A stretch of 64,000 bases of DNA from a virus. The position numbers and the translations under genes were made by a program. Positions 17,768-25,470 of this stretch are shown in pieces. Each line of letters opens with the position of its first letter. The stretch's first letter is position 1. The notes under the pieces were generated by a model that was given only the letters and a program-made list of their open reading frames with translations, was not told the origin of the DNA and did not search any database. The stretch lies in IMG/VR virus record IMGVR_UViG_3300021964_000050, positions 4,337 to 68,336 of that record; one strand, written 5' to 3'.

Positions 17768-18379
17768 TCAGTCTACGATAAACCCAAGTCTGGGAACCAC
17801 TAAATGGCCGTCTGCATCATCAAAGTCAGGTTCATACCCTTCAATTACGTCGTCTGCCCATACTGGGACGATTCTGTGCGCCCCATCGGGGTCAGGAGAC
17901 GGCCTCAGATGTACTTCGATCACCTTTTTGCCAATAAATTCGACGTTGATTAACCCAACATCGCCCAGTTCCCGCAGTTTGTACATACGAGGCGCGTCGG
18001 CCAACGGTTTTTTCTCCCACTTACTGAACCGCGACAGATTTTCAGCGCTATTGAACCCCTCCCACACTAAGGTAGCACGCCATTCACCCTCCCAGCGCTT
18101 ACTCCACTCGTAGGTAACGCTCAGATGCGGCCCCTCTAACCACTCCGACCAGAAGTATCCCGGCTCTACTGACCGGATATCGCCCTCTTCGATCCACTGC
18201 TTGCGTGCCCCGATGCCCATACCGGACAGGTTCATCACTGGACGTACGCAGTACCATCCACTCACTGGTGGTGCAACGCCCCCCGGCCCAGAGATAACAC
18301 CAAATAGACGAGATACAAAGAGTTTATTGAAGAACTGATGATGCTGTGGGTACTTTTTCCATGCTTCAGCGTCAGTCAT
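17768..18379 (-). CDS. ATP-grasp fold protein
   Basis: VRPVMNL.GMG.G, FWSE..EG.HLSV, INVEF..IEVHLR. Confidence 0.65.
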   Translation of the reverse strand: MTDAEAWKKYPQHHQFFNKLFVSRLFGVISGPGGVAPPVSGWYCVRPVMNLSGMGIGARKQWIEEGDIRSVEPGYFWSEWLEGPHLSVTYEWSKRWEGEWRATLVWEGFNSAENLSRFSKWEKKPLADAPRMYKLRELGDVGLINVEFIGKKVIEVHLRPSPDPDGAHRIVPVWADDVIEGYEPDFDDADGHLVVPRLGFIVD

Positions 18380-18437
18380 TGAGGATCAGATTACTATCTC
18401 AGCACTCGTTAGGGGGCCGAATTGACCAATCTAGGGG

Positions 18438-18722
18438 CTACTGACGCTTGCGTACGTAAAAGTACCCGCCGTCTTGGTCTGCGTGTAGCGGACGTGCTCC
18501 TGCTAGGTTAACGTCGACAACAGAACTACGAGGACCATACCTCATGGCATCTTTGATTGTGTGAGTTACCCAAATGCCTTCGTGGTCGCCTAAATGAGAG
18601 ACATCAGGGAACTCATTTCCCTTATCAAGTTCTTCTCGTGCATGATCCTGTACACCCCACCACTTGCTGTGATCGGTGCGGTACCCTACCTCTTTAGATT
18701 TGAACTGCGGTCCAAGGGCCAT
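18438..18722 (-). CDS. hypothetical protein, weakly ADP-ribosyltransferase-like
   Basis: GYR, GIWVT, AMRYG strand pattern; TGATG coupling. Confidence 0.5.
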   Translation of the reverse strand: MALGPQFKSKEVGYRTDHSKWWGVQDHAREELDKGNEFPDVSHLGDHEGIWVTHTIKDAMRYGPRSSVVDVNLAGARPLHADQDGGYFYVRKRQ

Positions 18723-19177
18723 CAGTCCTCCCGGTTGTTCGCAATAAAGTTTTCTCGCTCATCACCGGTCAACATGGCACCAAAGTACGCCGTCCTTGGC
18801 ACGGTAGTCTCGTGGATCTGTCCGCCACGACGCACCCACGAGTGGTTACGCCAGAGACCGTCATCTGATGAGGCATACCCGGACCACAACTCCGTATCGG
18901 GTTCACGTGCGGCACAGTTGGCGCTGTTGCCGTGACACCTGCTCATTTCTCCGGGCATCGGTACCGACTGTCCACCGTGAAGAACGCCACGAGAAACGAG
19001 TCGACGGTTAAACGCCGCTTCGCCCGCCGCCGGAACTAGCAGGGACTGCTCGTGTCCGGGCAGACCCTGTATATGACGCTCTAATCCGGTGTGCGCTTCG
19101 ACATCTTCGGCAGGCCAATCTGACATGCGAGTCTGAAAGAACTGTTGTCGGTTGAGTCGGTCTGGTCCGCTGAGCAT
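18722..19177 (-). CDS. transglutaminase/papain-like Cys-His protein
   Basis: CHGNS..GYA..HSWV..ETT; TAAATT -10 six nt before ATG. Confidence 0.55.
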   Translation of the reverse strand: MLSGPDRLNRQQFFQTRMSDWPAEDVEAHTGLERHIQGLPGHEQSLLVPAAGEAAFNRRLVSRGVLHGGQSVPMPGEMSRCHGNSANCAAREPDTELWSGYASSDDGLWRNHSWVRRGGQIHETTVPRTAYFGAMLTGDERENFIANNRED

Positions 19178-19377
19178 TGGGCCAATTTACCATACCCATA
19201 TAGGGGCCATAGCCGCCTTTGTTACGCAAAATGGCTAGGGGCGCGTGATAATTGTCACGACACACAAATGGTTGAGGTGAACGGGCCTATGTGTTTATTG
19301 TCACAACGGTGTGGCTATTTCGCGGGGGCCTACATGGGGTCGTTTTTTCGATTATTGGGGGGTGTCATCTACCCCCC

Positions 19378-19740
19378 TGTGGATAAACTTGTGGACAACT
19401 AATGGTGGGGGGGTCTCCCTGTGGATAACTTTACTTGACAAACCTGTCAACCCCTGTTCCACCCTTATTCCATAAGGGTTTCGTGACTTTGCGTTATCCA
19501 CAACCCCTGTGGACAGTGAATCGAACACCTGTTCGTCAAGGGGTGTCGATGTGACATTTGTCACGCTGAGTTATCCCCAGAACATATGTTCTTGTGGAAA
19601 TCGCCCCCGCAAACCCTTATTCCACCGTAGATAGGGGGGTCAAACCTGTGGAAAAGCCTGTGGAAGCCAATCTTTAGTGCTAAATGCGTTTGAGCCTTAT
19701 GCCGTAAGGGTTTCAGCAGTTATCCACTGGTTGTGGGAAA
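19378..19740. promoter_or_regulatory. DnaA-box cluster (~11 boxes; origin-like or datA-like)
   Basis: TGTGGATAA 19378 and 19420, TTATCCACA 19494, TGTGGACAA 19390, near-matches at 19508, 19571, 19593, 19647, 19659, 19720, 19732. Confidence 0.85.
19521..19592. promoter_or_regulatory. two LexA (SOS) box-like sites
   Basis: TCGAAC-ACCT-GTTCG 19521-19535; AGAAC-ATAT-GTTCT 19579-19592. Confidence 0.7.
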
Positions 19741-20122
19741 CGCGCTGGTAGCCCCCCGATAGCCAGCAAGCACTGCCACACCAGAATCGACCTACGCCGC
19801 TCAGCGGGGCTTCTGGGGGGCAATGCGGTGTCAAGTGACATTTGTCACACTTATCGACCTACGTTCGGGCCTACTGTGACATTTGTCACACCAATCACCG
19901 CTGTGTGGGTAGGAAACCGAACACTTGTACCCCCCACCCCCAGTTGCTATCACCCTGTGACCTTTGTCACATCCCCTCCCCATACATACATATGTCCTCT
20001 CTCCCATGACCTTTGGATTCGGGGGCGACCTTGGGGCGACCGAGGTGTGACAAACGTCACACAAACTTTCTTCCCCGACATGCACGAGTTGCTGGGTCGC
20101 CATGGCACCTTGGAACCATGAA

Positions 20123-20670
20123 CACCGGCCAGCACGGTCGGCCTCATACCGCTGGAGTGCACATGACAAAGCGCAAGCGACCTCCCCCAATGACGGGGGC
20201 GGGGACAGCACTCCCACTGACTACGAGTCATCACCTCACTGGGTATCCGGTGACGGTGGTGCCTGCGTATGTCTTGCCCACCTACGGGAACGACGGGGGC
20301 GGTACAACGAGCGGACAGAACGACGCTCCACATCATTCACATCTGCGTGCAGGACTTCCCCTTGGCTGGGGAGCACTTCGGTGGCCTGCACTCACGACGT
20401 ACTACAGACCTGCGGAACTCTTACCGCCACCAACCCATCGGATGCCCGAGTGTTGGGGGCGACCACGAGCAACGAGATCGACCACTACGTCCGACAGCAA
20501 CGGCAACGACGGCATCACCACCGTCCGACTGTTCGTAAAGCACGCAGGCATGAGTCAGTCAGTCCCCTTGGCAGGGGACAAGGTGACGACGACTCAGCAC
20601 CCTCGCCGGAGGGTGCGCCCACCATTCACTGACGTCAGCCGGTGCATGGTGGGGGCACACTCCGGTGCCC
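20123..20670 (+). ncRNA. candidate large structured RNA (~550 nt)
   Basis: more than 12 abutting helices, including a 10-bp long-range pair 20259-20268/20542-20551 and a C(UUCG)G loop; no credible ORF. Confidence 0.6.
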
Positions 20671-20697
20671 ATCCCACAAGCCTGAGGAGGCAACACC

Positions 20698-21024
20698 ATG
20701 GAAGCAACCATCTCAATCACCCTCACCGACCAAGAGGCCGAGGACATCCTCGTCACCGCCTTGGAAGGGGGCATCAACTACTGGGCAGACGTCATCTCAT
20801 CCGGTCGCAACGACGGCGTGCTGATGGCGCACATTCGCCCCACCGAAGGGGACGACTTCGAGCCAATGCTCATCCACCCCGGCCACATCCAGCAGGGCGT
20901 CGACCGGCTCTGCGCCAGCGAGTGCCAGTGGCATGTCACTGACCTACTCAACGACAACGCCGACGCCACCACCGCCGACGTCATCGTGCAGTTCGCAGTG
21001 CTTGGTGACATCATCTTCGGATGA
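20698..21024 (+). CDS. early hypothetical protein
   Basis: GAGGAGG RBS; ALEGGINYW..DA..AD.I.Q.A.LG.I.FG phage family pattern. Confidence 0.8.
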   Translation: MEATISITLTDQEAEDILVTALEGGINYWADVISSGRNDGVLMAHIRPTEGDDFEPMLIHPGHIQQGVDRLCASECQWHVTDLLNDNADATTADVIVQFAVLGDIIFG

Positions 21025-21082
21025 CAGGACGAAACACCCGCAAGGGTGTCACGGGGTGGTAGCCCCGTCTGATGAGTCCATC
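21020..21082 (+). ncRNA. type II hammerhead ribozyme
   Basis: GGAC-GAAA-CACCC(GCAA)GGGUG-UC^ACGGGG(UGGUAG)CCCCGU-CUGAUGA-GUCC; full core and three stems; predicted cleavage after C21050. Confidence 0.93.
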
Positions 21083-21107
21083 AGCCCACGAGCCTTAGGA
21101 GGCCACC

Positions 21108-21314
21108 ATGCAAGTAACCGTCAACCGCCAGCAACTCGCCCACAACGCCCTGCGCCGTCGTGCCGATGGTATGCGCCGTGAGATCGACGCCTTCATCGAC
21201 GCCTGCGAGGGCATGGACGTCGATGAGGTGGCCTACGCCATCGTTGACCTTCGTGACGCCTTCGACCGATTCCGCAAGGCCGGTATCAACCTCGTGAAGG
21301 AGGCCAACGCATGA
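21108..21314 (+). CDS. early hypothetical protein
   Basis: AGGAGG RBS, biased codons. Confidence 0.75.
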   Translation: MQVTVNRQQLAHNALRRRADGMRREIDAFIDACEGMDVDEVAYAIVDLRDAFDRFRKAGINLVKEANA

Positions 21315-21429
21315 CCGGCAACCAAGGTCACAAGCCCATCCGACGCCCCATCGACGCCACGGCCTCACGGTTCGTGGCATCGGGGCGTCACCACGCCCAG
21401 CACGGAAGCAAACCCACCAAGGAGAAGAA

Positions 21430-22092
21430 ATGAACGCCATGACCAACCGCCAACAGTCCCTCATCCACCGCCTCTGCAATGAGCGGATGGGGGCGCTGAC
21501 CACCACTCACGCCCACCTGCTCCAGCAGGAGATCGTCACCACTCGTGACGCCTCGCAACTCATCGACGCCCTCATGGCAGTGCCGACTGACCCCGTTGAG
21601 GTCGATCAGGCCGAGCAGGGGCGCATTGAGGCTCTCAAGGCCAACGTGCCCAACCTCTCCCCCAAGGACGCCACCTTCGCCCTGTCGCTCATCAACCAGT
21701 TCGACAGCAAGGGTCGCCTGAGTGAGAAGCAGTGGCCTCACGTTGACCGCCTCGCACGGCCTCAGGCTGAGGCCAAGTGCGACCCTCAACCGTTGGACAT
21801 CGTAGACGTCGATGGCGACCACTACCTCGTTGCCCGTAGCCAGCCAGAGCGTGGTGGTCGCTTGTACGCCAAGCGCCTCATCGACGGCAAATGGTCGTAC
21901 GAGGCCGGTGGCATCGACCGTGCCCGTCAGGGTCATATCCTGACCGGTGACGCTCTCGCAGAGTTCGCCAGCAAGCAAGGCCACACTCACGGTCACTGCG
22001 TGTTCTGCGGTCTTGAGTTGACCGACGAGCGTTCAGTCACCGTTGGCTACGGCAAGCACTGTGCCGAGCGACGCTCCTTGCCTTGGGGCTGA
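21430..22092 (+). CDS. DUF6011-like Zn-binding protein
   Basis: C-terminal CVFCGLELTDERSV..GYG.HCA; LSEKQW motif. Confidence 0.75.
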   Translation: MNAMTNRQQSLIHRLCNERMGALTTTHAHLLQQEIVTTRDASQLIDALMAVPTDPVEVDQAEQGRIEALKANVPNLSPKDATFALSLINQFDSKGRLSEKQWPHVDRLARPQAEAKCDPQPLDIVDVDGDHYLVARSQPERGGRLYAKRLIDGKWSYEAGGIDRARQGHILTGDALAEFASKQGHTHGHCVFCGLELTDERSVTVGYGKHCAERRSLPWG

Positions 22093-22158
22093 GTCATCGA
22101 CTACCGTCCATATCCCATCAACCCATACCCATACCAACCCGAGCCTCAGGAGGCCACC

Positions 22159-23625
22159 ATGTCCACACTCGCAGACCTACTCGCTGGCAACGCCAGCACC
22201 CCGGCGCCATCGACGTTCACTGACGTCACGCCGGTTGACCTCGCCATTCCCCTGATGGACTTCCAGCAGGAGGCAGTAGCCCACGCCCTTCGCCCAGTGC
22301 AGGGTTCGCCCTACGCCTACCTCGCACTGGACATGGGTCTCGGCAAGACCCCCTGTGGCATCGCCATCATCGCTTCGTGCCACAAGGCGCAGGGTGGCAA
22401 GCACCTCGTCGTGGTGCCTCCGTCGCTCCGCATCAACTGGGAGCGTGAGTTCGCCAAGTTCGCACCGTGGCTCTCAGTCGCCATCCTGACCGGCACCAAG
22501 CCATCGGCACTGCCCGATGTCGATGTGCTCATCATCGGTGACAGCACTGTCGCCCACTGGGAGTTGGCTCTCATGGGCAAGGTTGAGTCCCTCGTGGTCG
22601 ATGAGGCACACCGCCACAAGAACGGCAAGAGCAAGCGTGCCAAGGCACTCGCCAACATCGCCAACACCGTGCGGGGTGCCCGTGTTCTGCTCTCAGGCAC
22701 GCCGACTCCCAACGGTCGCCACTACGAACTGGCCTCGCAGTTCGACATCCTTGGCAAGCGTGCTTGGAACGACATCGGTGGCGTCGGCACCTTCTGGGGG
22801 CGCTTCTGCCCCAAGACCGACGCATGGGGCGGGCGTGGCAACGCTGAGGGCGATGTCCTGCACGCCTTCATGACCGACACCTTCATGATGCGCCGTCGCC
22901 GTGATGACGTCATCGACCTCCCCAACAAGGGTCGGTCGGCAGTGTCGATGGAGTGCGCTGGCAAGGCCAGTAAGGACTACATCTCCGCTGAGAATGACCT
23001 CATCGCATGGCTCTCCGATCAGGGTCGTGACACCCGTGGCGCTGAGCGTGCCGAAGCCCTCGTCCGCATGAACACTCTCCGACGCCTCGCTGGTGAGGCC
23101 AAGGTTCAGGCAGTCGTGGAACACGTCAAGGAACTGCTGGAGGACGGCAACGGCGGTGTGTTCGTCGTCGCTGAGCACAAGGACGTCATGGACAGGCTCA
23201 TGATGGGTCTCGCTAAGTACGCCCCCGTCAGTGTTCAGGGTGGCATGTCCGACAGTGCCAAGCAGGAGGCAGTCGATGCCTTCTCATCAGGCCAGAGCCG
23301 GGTCATGGTCGGCCAGATCATTGCGGCTGGTGTCGGCCTCACGCTCCACGGCAACGGTCTCAACCACCGTGTCGTCGTCGTCCAACTCCCATGGACACCG
23401 GCTGACCTCCGTCAGGCAGAAGATCGCCTGCACCGCATCGGTCAGACCAACGACGTCGAAGTCGAAGTGGCACTCGCCCACATCGACGGTCGCTGGACTA
23501 TCGACGAGCGTCTCTGGACAATGCTGGAGAGCAAGAACTTCGCCACCGGCGAGGTCATCGACGGCTCCGGTGATTACCTGCTGGACAACAGCACCGCTGA
23601 CGGTGTGTTGGACACCTACCGCTGA
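22159..23625 (+). CDS. SNF2-family helicase / annealing ATPase
   Basis: DMGLGKT, VVDEAH, LSGTP, QAEDRLHRIGQ. Confidence 0.9.
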   Translation: MSTLADLLAGNASTPAPSTFTDVTPVDLAIPLMDFQQEAVAHALRPVQGSPYAYLALDMGLGKTPCGIAIIASCHKAQGGKHLVVVPPSLRINWEREFAKFAPWLSVAILTGTKPSALPDVDVLIIGDSTVAHWELALMGKVESLVVDEAHRHKNGKSKRAKALANIANTVRGARVLLSGTPTPNGRHYELASQFDILGKRAWNDIGGVGTFWGRFCPKTDAWGGRGNAEGDVLHAFMTDTFMMRRRRDDVIDLPNKGRSAVSMECAGKASKDYISAENDLIAWLSDQGRDTRGAERAEALVRMNTLRRLAGEAKVQAVVEHVKELLEDGNGGVFVVAEHKDVMDRLMMGLAKYAPVSVQGGMSDSAKQEAVDAFSSGQSRVMVGQIIAAGVGLTLHGNGLNHRVVVVQLPWTPADLRQAEDRLHRIGQTNDVEVEVALAHIDGRWTIDERLWTMLESKNFATGEVIDGSGDYLLDNSTADGVLDTYR

Positions 23626-23703
23626 CAACTGGAGGGGGCGCAAGCCCCCTCCCCTTACCCATACCAAACCCATACCAATCAAGTCCTAAGGAGGACAACT
23701 GAC

Positions 23704-24006
23704 ATGACCACCACCTACAACCACGAGGCCGTCGAACTTGGTCTCTACATCGACAATGACCACGCCACCTACGAACTCCGGTGGGAGTACTTCGCCACGC
23801 TGGACAAGCACTGGCAGAGGGGGCGCTTCTCCAAGGAGCGTGCCCTCGTCCTGCTGGAGCGCTACGTCCAAGAGGGTGCCAAGCGCCACCACGCTGAGCA
23901 CGGCACCCCCGGCGACAAGTGGTACACGATCTTCACGCCAGTCACACGGCGTGAGGTAGCCGAGGCACTGTTGGACGAATACATCGACCAGCAACAGATT
24001 CACTGA
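23704..24006 (+). CDS. early hypothetical protein
   Basis: AAGGAGG RBS; ELGLYIDND phage family pattern. Confidence 0.75.
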   Translation: MTTTYNHEAVELGLYIDNDHATYELRWEYFATLDKHWQRGRFSKERALVLLERYVQEGAKRHHAEHGTPGDKWYTIFTPVTRREVAEALLDEYIDQQQIH

Positions 24007-24020
24007 CGTCGCCGGGGTGC

Positions 24021-24050
24021 TTGACCAGTGTCACACCCCGATGACATACT
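24021..24050 (+). promoter_or_regulatory. housekeeping-sigma promoter
   Basis: TTGACC-N18-CATACT. Confidence 0.5.
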
Positions 24051-24106
24051 CCATTCATACCCAACCCATACCAACACCAATCCCAACCAGCCCAAGGAGG
24101 GCAATC

Positions 24107-25393
24107 ATGCAAGTCAAGCACCTACAAGCCGGACTCCAAGTCCACATCATCGACGGGCCGATGCAAGGCTTCACCGCCACCGTCATCGACCCGAACGTCA
24201 TCCCTGACGGCCAGCCCAACCAGCGCAAGGTCGCTGTCGATATCAACGGTGCCGGTGCCAACGGCTCCAACCTCCGGTCGTACATCCTGCCCCGGCAGTT
24301 GGACGTCCAGCCGGTAGCCCCGGCACCTGCCCCGATGCCGGTCGCAGTGCCAACTGCCGACAGCGCTGACCTGACGGTCATCCGTAACGGCGAGGTTGAG
24401 GTCGCAGAGCCGATCACTGACCCGATGCACCCAGCGTTCGACTCATGGCGTCCTGACCCTGCCATCGTCAAGGAGTACGTCAGCCGTACCCTTCCCGGTG
24501 GCTTGTCCGACATCGACTACCTGCTCCACCTCCGTGACATGCGTGACGACAACGGGTACTCACCCAACGTCGCCTTCGTCGGAGAGACGCAGAGTGGCAA
24601 GACCATGCTCGTCCGGGTGCTCGCAGTGCTCAGCGCATTGCGTGACGGTATGCCCAAGCCATACCCCGTCTTTACCCTCAACGGCGAGGTTGGTATCTCG
24701 TCGTACGACCTCTTCGGTCAGCCATCCACCGTCGTCATCGACGGTGTGGAGACCATCGTGTGGTGCGAGGGTCTTGTTCCCCTCGCCCTCAAGTGTGGTG
24801 GCTTCCTCTACCTAGACGAGTGGAACGCCGTTGCCAGCGGTCAGGCCGTCGCCCTGCACACCGTGCTTGACGACCGTCGTGAGTTCACCAACCGCCAGCG
24901 TGCGCTCCCCATCCCCGGTCACCCTCATGGGTTCATGCCGGAGACGGTCAAGGCTCATCCAAACACTTGGATTATCTCCACCATCAACCCCGGCTACAAG
25001 GGGACGCAAGCCATGGCAGAAGCCAGCACCAACCGCTTCCGGTGGGTGCCGTGGGACTACGACGACACCGTGGAGGCCACGCTGGTTCCCAGCGCCACCA
25101 TCCGCTCGTTCGGCAAGGCTCTGCGTGAGGCTCGTGCCCAGCGTGCCCTGACCTTGCCAGTCGGTTCGTCAGCGCTCCGTCGCCTCAACGAGGACTGCGC
25201 CACATTCGGTGTGGACAGTGCCATGTGGTCATTCACCGCCATGTTCCCACCTGCGGAGCGTGAGCGTGTGCAGACCATCGCTGAGGACAGGGGCTTCATT
25301 GACCTGCTGAAGGCTGAGTACCCCAACCCAGTGTTCGCACCTGTTCAGGACGAGGCTGACCAGCCTGTCGCTGAGGATGCCAACGCCTTCTAA
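24107..25393 (+). CDS. MoxR/CbbQ/CobS-like AAA+ ATPase
   Basis: Walker A GETQSGKT, Walker B LYLDEWN, TINPGY.GT, NRF; AAGGAGG RBS before ATG 24107. Confidence 0.85.
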   Translation: MQVKHLQAGLQVHIIDGPMQGFTATVIDPNVIPDGQPNQRKVAVDINGAGANGSNLRSYILPRQLDVQPVAPAPAPMPVAVPTADSADLTVIRNGEVEVAEPITDPMHPAFDSWRPDPAIVKEYVSRTLPGGLSDIDYLLHLRDMRDDNGYSPNVAFVGETQSGKTMLVRVLAVLSALRDGMPKPYPVFTLNGEVGISSYDLFGQPSTVVIDGVETIVWCEGLVPLALKCGGFLYLDEWNAVASGQAVALHTVLDDRREFTNRQRALPIPGHPHGFMPETVKAHPNTWIISTINPGYKGTQAMAEASTNRFRWVPWDYDDTVEATLVPSATIRSFGKALREARAQRALTLPVGSSALRRLNEDCATFGVDSAMWSFTAMFPPAERERVQTIAEDRGFIDLLKAEYPNPVFAPVQDEADQPVAEDANAF

Positions 25394-25470
25394 CCCTGAG
25401 AGGGGGGCGCTACGCCCCCCTCTCCCATACCCCTCTCATACCCATTCCGTATCATCCCAAAGGAGTCATC

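Larger units (their letters stand above)
19244..20061. promoter_or_regulatory. seven CRP/GlxR-like palindromes TGTGA-N6-TCACA
   Basis: perfect at 19875, 19956, 20046; near-perfect at 19244, 19290, 19550, 19834. Confidence 0.8.

Noticed and set aside
20616-20656. Group II intron domain V
   Set aside because: CGC start is present but no AC bulge, GNRA loop, domain VI or maturase
19352-20942. ORF-track proteins across the hub and large RNA (e.g. 20013-20942, 309 aa)
   Set aside because: No RBS, no codon bias, implausible composition; region explained by motifs and RNA structure
21320-21345. Twister ribozyme (GGUCACAAGCCC)
   Set aside because: Flanking P1/P2/P4 stems and pseudoknot partners not found
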